Assembly (NCBI GenBank): GCA_964016885.1
Contig: OZ024761.1
Span: 18,290,001-18,354,000 of the forward strand
Length of the DNA: 64,000 bases
Source: Eledone cirrhosa
Taxonomy: Eukaryota
Direction: 5' to 3'
The notes under the pieces were generated by a model. The model was not told the DNA's origin. It searched no databases and saw nothing but the letters and a program-made list of their open reading frames with translations. Below, one piece after another: positions 1 through 14,280 of the stretch. The translations under genes were made by a program, and so were the position numbers. How positions within the stretch are numbered: position 1 is the stretch's first letter; every line of letters begins with the position of its first letter.

Positions 1-50
1 TAATTCAAAATTAACCATCTACTATGTCAGGGTATGTCATGTATCATTTT

Positions 51-119
51 ATTTTATCTGATGAGGACGTACTGTTGGTTGAACTTAACTCAGTACCTCT
101 GAAATATGTATAGTAAAAT
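51..119 (+). ncRNA. Type I minimal hammerhead ribozyme (family A, PLE pLTR-like)
   Basis: attttat-CTGATGA-stem II (gtactg/cagtac)-GAAA-tatgta-TA-gtaaaat; stem I attttat/gtaaaat; element ends in (TA)n at ~262. Confidence 0.75.
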
Positions 120-258
120 ATAATTGATCACAAGAATATCTATTTTGTTAATATTTTGAATTAATATTAATAACTCTGGAAAACCTTTTTCTATTGAGTG
201 CTTCCAATCTATTGTAAAACTCATTTTTTGATGTATTCATTGAACCTTGTTTAACTTT

Positions 259-319
<61 letters not shown>

Positions 320-1147
320 GTAATAAACAAGATAAATCATGGAGTATGTTGGTTAACTTCCTATAACTGAAGAGTGCTCAACTTATCGGGCTGGAAGATG
401 CCAACCACATATGAGATATAGAATATGCTTCGATCATTCCTGGTGGGAGCTGTTTATAAGAAGTGTTTCCATTGTTTATTACATAACTAAAAAGCTCTGT
501 AGTCTACATAGAGCACTCTCCTTTCCTTTACCTTTCCTACGGAAACACTTCATATATTTATATGTACGAAGCGAAACCTAGTCAGTAGGCACCCATATCC
601 CACTCCCATCCACACCGCCCCTTTCAATGTAAAGTTATGTTGGTACCACAACATCCAGTCCGAAACAAATGAGGTCGTGTAGGTGTCACGACAAAAAAAC
701 ACACAGTCCACGCTGTAATGTGGCCGTGTAGGTAACACGGTAAAAACCTCCCAGCCCCACACTGCAAACGTGGTTGATGTTAGGAAGGGCATCCAGCCTT
801 AGAAAACCTGCCAGACAGTCCTATACGAGCGAGACGACCAATCTTGCCTCAAGTGGGACAATTCCCGTCTAAACCCCTGCTAGCGTGGAAGATAGACGTT
901 AAACGATGATGATGATGATGATGATATATATAGATAGACATAAACATACATATATATATATAATATATATATATATGATGATGATGATATATATAGATGT
1001 ATAGATAGACATACACTTAACATATATATATATATATATATATGTTAAGTGTATGGAATTTTAATAATACTAAATAAGCTGTCTTGCAATAGAATGAGCA
1101 TTGTTTTTCTTGGCCTTATCTACGAATATCTTGCATATATAAATATG

Positions 1148-1199
<52 letters not shown>

Positions 1200-1644
1200 G
1201 TATAACTGAACAAAAAAGAAAAACGGACACAAACATATATGTGTTCAAATCGTAATGGACCAGAATTGAGTTTCTAACTCAATACATGCCTTTGATATGG
1301 CTTAGTGGTTAGAGCATTGGCCTTGCAATCGAAAGGTTGTGAGTTCAATTCTCAGACTGAGTGATGTGTTGTTTCCTTGAGCAAGACACTTTATTTCACA
1401 TTGCTCCAGTTTATTCAGCTGTAGAAATGAGATGATACGGACTGGGGTCCATATCATACCACTGCAAAGTGGTCGTGGAGGTGCCACGGCAAAAAAGCAC
1501 CCAGCACTCAGTGTAAATGAGGTTGGTGTTAGGAAGTGCATCCAGCTGTAGAAATCAAGCCAGAATCAGTTCCCGTCCCACCCTTGCAAGCAGGGAAAAG
1601 CGGACGTAAAATGATGATGATGATGATGATGATATATATATATA

Positions 1645-1995
1645 TAGTACTCCCAGTTATTCGCGGAATTTTCCTTAGAACCTAACTAATAGTTATCCGT
1701 AGAAACCACTGTGTATTCACAGAATCGTAAATATTTTCCGTGATTTTTTTAATGATTTTTTTTCATGGCAATAGATATTTAACACTAAATTATCAATAAC
1801 TATATACTATATTTTCCGGACTATTGGGCGCCCCTTCGCATAAGATGCTCCCTCTCCTCTTTTTTTAAATTATATTTCATGTTATATTTGACGTTTGTAA
1901 GCATTTTTATGGACCATGTCCAATATTCGCGGTTTTTCACTCTTCGCGGGTACTCTAAGAACGTAACCCCTGTAAATAACAGGGGTCAACTGTAT
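1645..1995. mobile_element. Tigger/pogo-like MITE
   Basis: Imperfect TIRs tagtactcccagttattcgc / gtaaataacaggggtcaactg in TA context. Confidence 0.5.
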
Positions 1996-1996
1996 A

Positions 1997-2343
1997 TATC
2001 ATCATCATCATCACCGTTTTACGTCCGTTCTTCCACGCTAGCATGGGTTAGACGGGTTGTCCTGTTGTGTGCAGTGTCTGGTCGGCTGACCATGCCTTGC
2101 TCATACAGGAACTGATTCTGGCTTGATTTCTACAGCTGGATGCCCTTCCTAACACCAACCTCATTTACAGTGAGTGCTGGGTGCTTTTTCGTGGCGCCTA
2201 CACGTCCACTTTACAGTGTGGGCTGGGTGCTTTTTTGCTGTGGCACCTCCACGACCACCTTGCGGTGGGGGGTGTGGGGGCATATTGTTTATATGCTTCA
2301 GCATGTACCCATGAGAGGTCGGGTACTCTGTATTACTGCGTGA
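1997..2343 (-). mobile_element. RTE LINE 3'UTR copy (also 39858-40161)
   Basis: Near-identical reverse complement of 13567-13920. Confidence 0.8.
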
Positions 2344-3095
2344 TTACTGCGTGAATACTCTGTATTACTTGTGTTCAATATATATATATATATATATTCA
2401 TTTTATTAAGGCTAAATAGTAAGTCCTGTTACTCTAGAGCTTTACTTGTTTATATATACACACACTGTAAATGTGGTTGGGATTAGGAAGGGCATCCAGC
2501 TGTAGAAACCAAGCCAGAAACATTTCTGTATGAGCAAGACACGGTCAACTGATCTGACTGGTTTCACAAAGGGACAACTTGTCTAACCCATGCTAGGTGT
2601 GTGTGTGAGCAAGATGTGGTTACTTGACCCGACATGCCTTGAACAGGACAATCCGTCTAACCCACACTGGTGCGAAAAAAATGGACGTTAACCCTTTAGC
2701 ATTTACATTATTCTATATTTCCTATTGTATTTACACAGTAAAGGCTTATCTTATATAATTATCTCACATAATACCAAATTTACGAAATGTTGATGTTATT
2801 TATTTTGAGAACAATACCATAACCCTTTAGCATTTACATTACTCCATATTTACAATTGTATTATTGTGGTAAAGGCTTTACCTCACATAATTATCTACAT
2901 AATATCGAATCTATGAGATTTTGGTATTATTTATTTTGAGAACAATACCTTAACATCAGTATGAGCAAGCAGTTATGGTCGGTTTGAACAGAAATAAGTG
3001 AGAGAGTTCTGGCCAGATATGGCTGGTTTAAATGCTAAAGAGTTAAACAGTGATGATGATGATGAAAATAAAGAAATATAGCTATGTTTACCCAC

Positions 3096-3365
3096 CTTGT
3101 GTATCAATCCCTGTGATAGACTGATCTGTCCTTTGGCATTCATAAACTTACTGGATGTATTTCTGTCATTACCCCAACTACTGTCTTTACAAAGTCTGGT
3201 CTGGCTCATTGTTAACTGAGGGGTGGACAGGACGATGAGGATACTGGTAAAGTCCAACTCATTTGAGATGGGGTCACAGCAAAATCACTCAGACTCAATC
3301 TCTTGTTGTTGATGTTGTTGTTGTTGTTGTTGTTGTTGGAGGGCCAGAACAGACACATGGTGATT
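3096..3365 (-). CDS. Candidate first coding exon of a minus-strand gene (ATG at 3209; MSQTRLCKDSSWGNDRNTSSKFMNAKGQISLSQGLIHK|intron)
   Basis: Mostly non-repetitive segment bounded by acceptor ttatttcAG (3367-3366) and donor AAG|GTGGGT (3095); acaATG with an in-frame stop upstream; no recognisable homology. Confidence 0.3.
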
Positions 3366-3429
3366 CTGAAATAAATTGATAAATAAATAAATAAAAATAT
3401 ATATAGATGGATAAATAAATATATATCTG

Positions 3430-4260
3430 TTTACATTCCACTGGCACACAGCTGGATAACGACAGCCTGCGCATCGGCATTTCCTTGAGGCTTGGCCCCT
3501 GGATCTGCGAGCCACATAAATGTCGCTGTGGATCCACCGTGGACTCTTTCAGCCTCCACCCGCTTTCCTGTTGCGACAGTGCCGGCTGCCTTCCACGCCA
3601 TGCAGCCCTCAACGAGGTCATAAAGCATGGCTTGGATGCAGCAGGCTTACCCTCCCAGCTCAAGCCGTTGGGGCTGAACTGAGGGGACGGCAAAAGGCCA
3701 GACGGCATAACCATCTTGCCGTTCGCGGTGGCAAACACCTCATCTGGGATGCCACTTTCAGCGACACTTTCTCCAGCCACAACCTGGTGCAGTCTGCGAC
3801 TAACCCAGGTTCTGCTGCACGTCGGGCTGAGGAGGCCAAACTCTCCAAATACCGGTCGCTCCCCGACAGGTGTGTGGTCGTGCCCTTGGCAGTGGAGACT
3901 TATGGTGTCCTTGGACCTGGGGGGCCTACCTCCCTACTCACCACCACAGGCGCTGAGCTGCTCAGCCGCAGGTGTGAGCCTCGCGAGTTGGAATGGTTCT
4001 TCCAGCGCGTCTCCCTTATCATCCTCCGGGGAAACGCCTTCTCTATTCTGTCCGCCGGGGCGGTGGGGAGGCCAGCACGTGGGACCCCATTTTCTCACCA
4101 TACGGAGAGATGGGGAGGGCGAGAGAGAGATGGAAGTGATGACAGTGGGAGTTCGGCTCTTCCATGTTCGGACGATACCCTTGTGCTTGTGTTCATTAAG
4201 CAGTTAATGAGTCTGTTTATGTAAAGAATATATTACTGTAGTCAGGAGAAATAAACATAT
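3430..4260 (+). mobile_element. CRE/R2-group LINE 3' fragment (zinc knuckle + RLE endonuclease), frameshifted
   Basis: CRCG..H.LSC..RHAALN, KRPDG, IWDAT, AEEAKLSKY, PLAVETYG, QRVSLIILRGNA. Confidence 0.82.
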
Positions 4261-4437
4261 ATACAATATATTATCCAGCTAATATCTCCTGCAAAGTCCC
4301 CAAAATAATACATTTTATGAATTCAATCTAAAGTGTCGGCAGTAAAGGAACTAAATGACGAGGTCATTCTACTGACATGGCTTAAAAAGAGGCTGTTTGC
4401 ATAATTGCAAATGAATTGAATTATCATCATCATATAT

Positions 4438-4780
4438 GGAGGCACATGGCTTAGTGGTTAGAGCATTGGCCTTGCAATCGAAAGGTTGTGAGTTCAATTC
4501 TCAGACCGGGTGATGTGTTGTTTCCTTGAGCAAGACACTTTATTTCACATTGCTCCAGTTTACTCAGCTGTAGAAATGAGATGATACGGACTGGGGTCCC
4601 TATCATTCCACTGCAAAGTGGTCGTGGAGGTGCCACGGCGAAAAAGCACCCAGCACTCACTGTAAATGAGGTTGGTGTTAGGAAGGGCATCCAGCTGTAG
4701 ATATCAAGCCAGAATCAGTTCCCGTCCCACCCTTGCAAGCAGGGAAAAAGCGGACATAAAATGAAATGATGATGATGATA
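4438..4780 (+). mobile_element. tRNA-headed SINE family 1 with RTE-derived tail (also 1296-1632, 7023-7377, 49109-49390 -, 55030-55376 -, 58685-59029 -)
   Basis: A box TGGCTTAGTGG, B box GAGTTCAATTC, central ccttgagcaagacactt, 3' part shared with the RTE 3'UTR, (TGA)n tail. Confidence 0.85.
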
Positions 4781-5059
4781 ATCATCATCATCTTCGTTTA
4801 ACGTCCATCTTCCACGCTAGCATGGGTTAGAATATTATTATTAATATTCGAAAATCTCAGATTACATTTATCGTATTCAGCCATGTAGAGCGATAAACTA
4901 TTTTTTGTTAGTTAAATAAATATATATAGAGAATTATGAAGAAATCTTCACCACCATTAAAACCATCACCATCACTATTACCATTATCCCCGTCAACGCT
5001 ACCACCCCAACAACACCATGAACTCCACCACCCTATCACACCCATCAACATCAACACCA

Positions 5060-5094
<35 letters not shown>

Positions 5095-5184
5095 CCACAA
5101 ACAAACACCACCACCACCACCACCACCACTCCAAATAATATTAAATATAGAGAAGGTTGTTAGAAATAGTGTTTTAACAATCTG

Positions 5185-5235
5185 TATGTGTATATATATA
5201 CATACACATACATATACATACATATATATATATAC

Positions 5236-5266
<31 letters not shown>

Positions 5267-5328
5267 TACACATACATACATATATATATATACACATACA
5301 TATATATATATACACATACATACATATA

Positions 5329-5360
<32 letters not shown>

Positions 5361-6030
5361 CATATATATACATACATACATATATATATATACATATATA
5401 TATACATACATATATGTATATGTATATATACATACATACATATATATATATATACATACATATATATATATACATACATACATACATACATACACATATA
5501 CACATATACACATACATACATACATATATACACATACATACATACATATATACACATACATACATATACATACATACATACATACATATATACACATACA
5601 TACACATATATATATACACATACATACACATATATATATACACATACATATATACATACAGATATAGATACATAGATACATACATACATACAGATGTACA
5701 TACATAGATATATATACATACATACAGATATATATACATACATACAGATATATATACATACATACAGATATACATACATACATACAGATATACATACATA
5801 CATACAGATATATATACATACATACAGATATATATACATACATACAAATATATATACATACATACAGATATATATACATACATACAGATATACATACATA
5901 CAGATATATATACATACATACAGATATATATACATACATACAGATATATATACATACATACAGATATACATACATACAGATATATATACATACATACAGA
6001 TATATATACAATATACATACTTAAATATAT
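5185..6030. repeat. TA/TACA compound microsatellite (similar tracts at 9160-9680, 14620-15020, 35040-35360, 36065-36390)
   Basis: Low complexity; source of many spurious Y/I/H/T-rich ORFs. Confidence 0.95.
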
Positions 6031-6828
6031 ATGAGAGGGGGGGGTAGACAATATGGAGAGAGAGGGGGTGGAGAGTGAGGGGGGTGGAGAGAGAGGGGTG
6101 GAGGGAGAGAGAGAAGAGTAGAATAGAAAGACAGCCAACAATGAAGGCCCAGGTTCAAAAGGTCAGTGGTTCGAATAGCAACCTCAACACACAGACACAC
6201 ACACATATATATACCCACTAATACCCCCACACACACACTAACAGAGACAGGCACACATATATATCCACTGACACTCACAGGCTACAGAGAAACCTCCATA
6301 CAGCTACCACTAAGATACACACACACACAGGCACACACATACAGGCACACACATATCACACACACAGGCACACACATACTTTAAAACTGACCTAAGTTCA
6401 TCTGATGACCAACACATAAACAATCAAAAGGGATTAATTCTACACAGAAAAATTCCATTGAATTAGTTGAACCAATAAAAGATATTTAAAAGTATTTTCA
6501 TGTGACCCCAGCAGATTTTTCACTATTTACATTAAATTGTTATTTTATTGGTTTATACAGAAATATATTTACTATCCACATACCAGCTGTTAACTACTTC
6601 TCTGCTAAATAACAATCTACCAAGCCACCTATAGCAACCCTTAGTAGGATAGGAGTAGGGTCAAAATCATTGAAACAACTATATATATCTTAAACTATAT
6701 ATAAACCTAAATATTTCTCAACAAAATAATCTACCAAAACCCCTGTAGCCATTTCAACAGCTAGTTCCTTTCATATACTGTACCAATTGTGTTGTTATTT
6801 CTGTTTACCTTTTACATACATACATATA

Positions 6829-6999
6829 TACCGTATTTCCCGGCGTCGAAGACGCTAATTTTTTCCTAAAATAAGTCTTTAAAATCTACCATGCATCCTG
6901 GAGGCCGAAGGTTGTTTATTATATTTTTTTTCAAACTTTTGATTGTCAAAATTAGGGTGCATCCTCGAGGACGAAGCGTCTTCAGTGCCAGGAAATCGG
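6829..6999. mobile_element. Tc1/mariner-type MITE
   Basis: TIRs ccgtatttcccggc..gaagacgc / gcgtcttcagtgccaggaaatcgg. Confidence 0.55.
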
Positions 7000-7387
7000 C
7001 ACAGAGAGAGAGAGAGAGAGAGAGACACATGGCTTAGTGGTTAGAGCATTGGCCTTGCAATCGAAAGGTTGTGAGTTCAATTCTCAGACCGAATGATGTG
7101 TTGTTTCCTTGAACAAGACACTTTATTTCACATTGCTCCAGTTTACTCTGCTGTAGAAATGAGATGATAGGGATTGGGGTCCCTATCATTCCACTGCAAA
7201 GTGGTCGTGGAGGTGCCACGGCAAAAAAGCACCCAGCACTCACTGTAAATGAGGTTGGTGTTATGAAGGGCATCCAGCTGTAGAAATCAAGCCAGAATCA
7301 GTTCCCGTCCCACCCTTGCAAGCAGGGAAAAAGCGGACGTAAAATGAAATGAAAAATGAAATGATGATGATGATGATATATATATAT

Positions 7388-7985
7388 CATCATCATCATC
7401 ATCATCATCGTCGTTTAACGTCCATCTTCCATGTTAGCATGGATTAGACGGTTTTGTTCCATTTGATGCGGGAATGGTCGGGAGACCATGTCTCGCTCGC
7501 ACGGAAGCGTCTTTGGCAGGTTTTTTACAGCTGGATGCCCTTCCTAACACCAACCACATTTACAGTGTGGACTTGGAGCCTCTTCACCATGTCTCCTACA
7601 CGGCCACCTTACAGTGTGGACTGTTGTGTCATCAACACAGTGGACAGGATGGAAGAAGGAGGATGAGGTGGGGTGGTGGTGGTGGTGTGTACATTGAGTT
7701 AAGAGGTGCCTACTGACTGTAGGTTTGAGTGCAATGGCAGTTGGGTCTTCTGTACAACTGCATGGCGCCAAAGGTCTCGATCCAGTGTCTTAGAGAGGTG
7801 TAGATGGGCAAGGTCAGTTTTTATCACCTCGTCCCAGGTTTTTCTTCGTCTTCCCACTCCGCAGCTTCCATCAATTTTCATTGCCCTGCACTTTTTTATA
7901 CAGCTGTCATCCTTCATGGCCATACCAACACAATCTCCTCTCCAGAACACAACATTTGATACCTCTTATGCTTAGTTTCCCTCTT
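7388..7985 (-). mobile_element. RTE LINE 3' fragment
   Basis: MKDDSCIKKCRAMKIDGSCGVGRRRKTWDEVIKTDL matches the 13-kb LINE; (TGA)n tail. Confidence 0.8.
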
Positions 7986-8234
7986 AGTTCATTTATACTT
8001 CGCCTTTCACACACACATATATATTTACATAAGGTAAAAGGGTAAAGAACCCCTTTGGTCTTCAATGACTATAGGATTTGCACCAAGAAGGTTCTCCTCC
8101 AAGGCAAGGTTGTTTGTGGAAGATCATTAAAGCCTGTGTATACAAGACTCCTCTCTCCATGCCACCGACGTTGTTTAAGAGAAAGGCAAAGACTTGGCAC
8201 CAGTCGCTTTGCAACTCATTTCTACATACACACA

Positions 8235-8335
<101 letters not shown>

Positions 8336-9025
8336 CCAAATAAATGAGATAATGAGATCGAGATCGTGTAGGTGTCACGACTAAAAAAAAAACAAAAAAG
8401 AAAAAACACACAGTCCACGCTGTAATGTGGCCGTGTAGGTAACATGGTAAAAAGTTCCCAGTTCCACACTGTAAATGTGGTTGGTGTTAGGAAGGGCATC
8501 CAGCCGTAGAAAACCTGCCAGACAGTCCTATATGAGCGAAGCACGGTCACCCGACCTACCTTGCCTCAGGTGGGACAACTCCCGTCTAACCCATGCTAGC
8601 TTGGAATATGGACGTTAAACGAAGATGATGATGATGATGATATATATATAGGTTGTTTAGTAATGACTACAGTAGGTGTACCCAATATGAGCACTGAATT
8701 CTGCTACTAGACCAGAAGTGATTCCAAAGAAATAGTGTATATAGTGTATATAGTGTATATAGTGTAGTAGTGTTTATAGTGAACATGTGTTTTTTATTCC
8801 ATATCGAACATGACATATGTTTCACAGATGATCAGCTCATGGTCATAATAGACAGACATGGTAGATGTAACTCTAGTTTCAATCAGCACATCAGACTTGT
8901 AGATTTGAAACATGAAACATTTCCATACATACATGCTCTAACAGTATTGAGTACCTACATTAGTGTTATCAACTACAATAACCTACAAACATACACACAC
9001 ACGCACACACACACAGTTATACATA

Positions 9026-9117
<92 letters not shown>

Positions 9118-9164
9118 AACATCACTGTTTAAAGTCTATTTTCCATGCTTGCAACACGTACACA

Positions 9165-9204
<40 letters not shown>

Positions 9205-9929
9205 AAAGAATAGAGGTGTAACACATATATATATATATGTACATACACACATATATATACATACATATATATATACACACATATATATACATACATATGT
9301 ACATAGAGAAACATACGTACATATATACACATACGTACATATATACATATATATGTACATACACACATATGTACATAAATATACATACGTACATATATAC
9401 ATATATATATATATATGTACATACACGCATATATATACATAGATATACATACGTACATATATACATATATACATATATATGTACATACACACATATATAT
9501 GCATACATGTGTACATAGATATACATACGTACATATATACATATATATGTACATACACACATATATATGCATACATATGTACATAGATATACATATATAC
9601 ATATATATGTACATACACACACATATATACATACATACATATATACATATATACATACAAATACATACAAATACACACACACTCAACATTAATGGTTTCC
9701 CTGATACTAATTGTTAATGACACTATTTAATAGGTGGTTGTTATTCAGTTTTGTGTGAATGTATGTGTGTGTAATATATATATATATGTATATGTATGTG
9801 TATATATATGTATATACATGTATACACACATGTATGTGGTTTCTAACCCAGTATGTTCTAAAACATTCCAGCTCAACTAAACAATGTCTAAACTGACACA
9901 ATAGAACTGAGTGTGTGTGTATATATATC

Positions 9930-9970
<41 letters not shown>

Positions 9971-10311
9971 AACATTGTTAGTGTGAAAGTGTGTATGTAT
10001 ATTTGTGTGTGTCTGTGTGTTTGTATATATATATATGTGTGTGTATGTGTATGTATATATGTGTGTCTGTGTGTTTGTATATATATATGTGTGTGCGTGT
10101 GTATGTGGAACATTATTAGTGTGTATGTGTGTATATCATCATCATCATCATCAACGTTTAACGTCCGTGTTCCACGCTTGCATGGGTTTGGACGGGGGTT
10201 TTCCTACTTGAGGCAAGAGTGATTGTCTTGCTCGCATAGGACTGTATATGCATATATATATATCATCATCATCTTCATTGAACAGCCATCTTCCACGCTA
10301 GCATGGTTTAG

Positions 10312-10385
<74 letters not shown>

Positions 10386-12689
10386 TGATAAACTTAACAT
10401 GTATGTGTAACCTTAGGTTTCAGAGTCCAATTATGGCCACCAGAGTCCAGTTATGGAGGAGCTATTTCAATACTGGCCTCTCATCCATAACCGGGCCCCA
10501 AAACCTAAAGTCACACATACATGTTAAGTGTATGAAATTTTAATCATACTATATATATATATATATAGGAAAAGAATCAGGTCCCCAACGGCTGAGCTCC
10601 AGCCGTTTCGACAGCTAAACCTGAACGTCGAAACGGCTAGAGCTCAACTGTTGGGGACCTGACTCTTCCCATTACCCACTTTACTACCCTCAGTATTGAG
10701 TACTCTGGTGCGTTATGGTCCACCTAGTATCTTACCACACCCTCTTTGTTATATATAGATATATATATATATATATATGTGTGTTCAGTAATAAAAGTTG
10801 TTTTGGTTAAAAAAACAGGAGTAAGCAGGAGAAAGCTCTCTACATTCGTAGTGTGTAGTTATGGAGATTGAGAATAAGAACTACATTAAGAAAGATGCTG
10901 TGCTTACATAAAACGTTTATTTTATGATGTATAGACAGGTAACCCCTGAGAGGGTCACAGGGATACCATATGACATACGATTCTAGGGCTTTTAAAAAAA
11001 AACCTGTCGTCACATACAGTGTGTCTTGGGCATTTCAAACTTGGCAGAGCCCATCTCCTCTCTTCATGTCTGAACACTGATGTTTTCTCTAGGAGGAGAT
11101 AGAGAGGAACTGAGAAAGAGATATAGAGTAAGAGAATTATATAATAAGTAGGCATCTCTAACAAAATACACCCCCGTCCCACCACCCTCACCCCATCCAC
11201 ACCGCCCCTTTCAATGTAAAGTTATGTTGGTGCCACAAAATCCAGGCGTGTAGGTGTCATGACAAAAAAAAACACACAGTCCACGCTGTAAATGTGGTCG
11301 TGTAGGTAACACGGTAAAAACCTCCCAGTCCGACACTGTAAATGTGGTTGGTGTTAGGAAGGGCATCCAGCTGTAGAAAACCCGCCAGACACTCCACGCT
11401 GTAATGTGGCCGTGTAGGCAACACGGTAAAAACCTCCCAGTTCCACACTGTAAATGTGGTTGGTGTTAGGAAGGGCATCCAGCTGTAGCAAACCCGCCAG
11501 ACAGTCCTATGCGAGCAAGACAACCACTCTTGCCTCAAGTGGGAAAACTCCCGTCCAAACCCATGCAAGCGTGGAACATGGACGTTAAACGTTGATGATG
11601 ATGATGATGACGAAGGGTTTCTTATATAGGCACAATGCCATCAATTTTGAGGGAGGGGAAAGTCGATTAAATTGCCTCCAGTGTATGACTGGTACTTTAT
11701 TTTATCGACCTCCGTAAGGATGAAAGGCAAAATTAGCCTCGGCGGGATTTGAACTCGGATCATAAAAAGCCATAACTCTATGCTGCAAAGCATGGCGTCC
11801 GACCCTCTACCGATTCTGCCAATCCACCGCCAGAGAACTATATAATAATGTAGTCCTAGATATGTATGGACCTGTAACTCCTGGTGGAGTTGCAGGGCTG
11901 CTGTAGTAACGCACAGCATCGTGTGTATAGGGCATTTTTTTTCTTTTTATTAAACCTGGCAGAGCCCAACTCCTCTACGGGTTTGAATAAAGCAGATTTC
12001 TTCCAGAGAAGGATGGAAAGTGAGAGTGGGAGGAAGTGATATAGAGGAAGAAGAAGAATCGACCCCCAGTACTAGACTGGTACTTTCTTTATCGACCTTG
12101 AATGGATGAAAAGCAAAGTTGACCTTGGTAGGATTTGAACTCAGAGAACACAGAGTAGAAAGATGAAATGAATGCTGCAAAACATTTTATCCAATGTTCT
12201 CACGACTCTGCCAGTTCACCGCTTGAAACAGTGTATTTTACTAGAAATATGGTCATGAAGGCATATGGCTTAGTGATTAGAGCATTGAACTTGCAATTGG
12301 GAGGTTGTGAGTTTGATCCTCGAACCAGGAGATGTGTTGTGTCTTTGGGCAAGACAATTTATTTCACGTTGCTCCAGTTTACTCGGCAAAAATGAGTTGT
12401 GACGTCACTGGTGAAAACCTGTATCGGTCATTGCCTTTTCCCTGGACAACATCATATATTGTATATATATATATATATATACAGTGTATATATAGCATAT
12501 ATATAATGTATATGCAGTCTATATATAAGTTACGATGTCACTGGTTGCCTTTCCCTTGGACATCGTATATTGTATCAATGAGTTTTGATGACACAGGGGC
12601 CAAGCTGTATCAGCCATTGCCTTTTGCTTGGACAACATCATATATTGTATATATATAGTGTATATATATATTGTATATATATAGTATAT

Positions 12690-13920
12690 AACTAGAGAAT
12701 AAATTCCAAACCTGGAAGCAGGGACTAGAGAGAAAGGGCCTCAAAGTCAACATGACAAAGACTAAGGTCCTTATAAGTAGACGAGAAAACAGAACCCAGA
12801 TCCCCTCAGGGAAATGGCCTTGCTCAGTATGTAGGAAAGGTGTAGGTAGGAACTCCATTCTTTGCCCCAAATGCAAACAATGGGTACACAAGAGATGTAG
12901 CGGGATCTCAGGAAGCTTAATTAAGAATGTAGGATTCACATGCAGCAGCTGTGCTGAAACAGCAAGCAAACAGCCACAGGAAACAAGTACCACCAATCTC
13001 TGGGAGGGCCCTGTAGAAACAGTAGACAGCTTCTGCTACCTAGGTGACCGAATTAGCAACGGAGGTGGGTGCTCAGAAAGTACAATAACTAGGGTAAGAA
13101 CGGGATGGAAGAAGTTTAGGGAACTACTACCACTGCTAGCTGCAAAAGGCTTCTCCCTCAGAATGAAAGGCAGACTGTATGATGCGTGTATCCGAACAGC
13201 GATGTTGCATGGTAGTGAGACCTGGGCGCTGAAGGTGGAAGACTTACGTAGATTAGAGAGAAACGAAGCCTGCATGCTCCGATGGATGTGTAACAGTAAT
13301 ATACGTGAACGACAAAGCATAAATGAATTGAGAGAGAGACTGAGCATAAGAGGAATCAAATGCTGCGTGCAGGAGAGGCGGTTACGCTGGTATGGACATG
13401 TGATGCGTATGAAGGATGACAGCTGCATAAAAAGGTGCAGAGCACTAGAAGTTGATGGAAACCGCGGAGTGGGGAGACCCAAGATGACTTGGGATGAGGT
13501 GATAAAAGCCGACCTTACCCAACTACACCTCTCAAAGTCAATGACACACGACCGTGACTTCTGGCGTCACGCAGTAATACAGGGTACCCGACCTCCCATG
13601 GGTACATGCTGAAGCATATAAACAATATGCCCCCCCCCCCCCCACCGCAAGGTGGTCGTGGAGGTGCCACGGCAAAAAAGCACCCAGCCCACACTGTAAA
13701 GTGGACGTGTAGGCGCCACGAAAAAGCACCCAGCACTCACTGTAAATGAGGTTGGTGTTAGGAAGGGCATCCAGCTGTAGAAATCAAGCCAGATCAGTTC
13801 CTGTATGAGCAAGGCATGGTCAGCCGACCAGACACTGCCCACAACAGGACAACCCGTCTAACCCATGCTAGCGTGGAAGAACGGACGTAAAACGGTGATG
13901 ATGATGATGATGATGATGAT
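12690..13920 (+). mobile_element. 5'-truncated RTE-clade LINE (RT C-terminus with PHD-like Cys insert, 3'UTR and (TGA)n tail)
   Basis: ORF 12752-13612: KTKV, CSVC..CPKCKQWVHKRC..CSSC, FCYLG, MLHGSETW, RRLRWYGHVMR, GRPKMTW; ends in tgatgatga. Confidence 0.88.
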
Positions 13921-14280
13921 AGTGTGTATAAAATGTTTATACAGTGTATATATAGTGAATATATTATGTATCAATGAGTTGTGATGCCACTGGTGCCAAG
14001 CTATATCAGCCATTGCCTTTTCCTTGGAGAACAACATATATTGTATATATACAGTGTGTATAAAATGTATATACAGTGTATATATAATGTATATATTGTG
14101 TATCAATGAGTTGTGATGCCACTGGTGCCAAGCTATATCAGCCATTGCCTTTTCCTTGGAGAACAACATATATTGTATATATACAGTGTGTATAAAATGT
14201 ATATACAGTGTATATATAATGTATATATTGTGTATCAATGAGTTGTGATGCCACTGGGGCCAAGCTTTATCAGCCATTTC
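13921..14280. repeat. 120-bp tandem repeat x3 (related units at 12400-12690)
   Basis: tatcaatgagttgtgatgccactggtgccaagctatatcagccattgcc repeated. Confidence 0.85.

Noticed and set aside
368-552. CTGAAGAgtgctc...gagcac...GAAAcacttc as a plus-strand hammerhead
   Set aside because: Stem II does not abut GAAA. The CTGAAGA overlaps the complement of the TTGAGCAC subterminal motif of a minus-strand element, so it is probably coincidental
1302-1541. Recurring 'MPFLTPTSFTVSAGCFF' ORFs as a gene family
   Set aside because: Antisense translation of SINE/RTE 3'UTR repeats
4441-4512. tRNA gene
   Set aside because: tRNA-derived SINE head; it continues into the SINE body and no proper acceptor stem or terminator is evident
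5018-6141. Long ORFs rich in Y/I/H/T or M/Y/V/C (also at 9.1, 14.6, 35, 36, 47.7 and 59-60 kb)
   Set aside because: Translations of stop-free microsatellites and minisatellites
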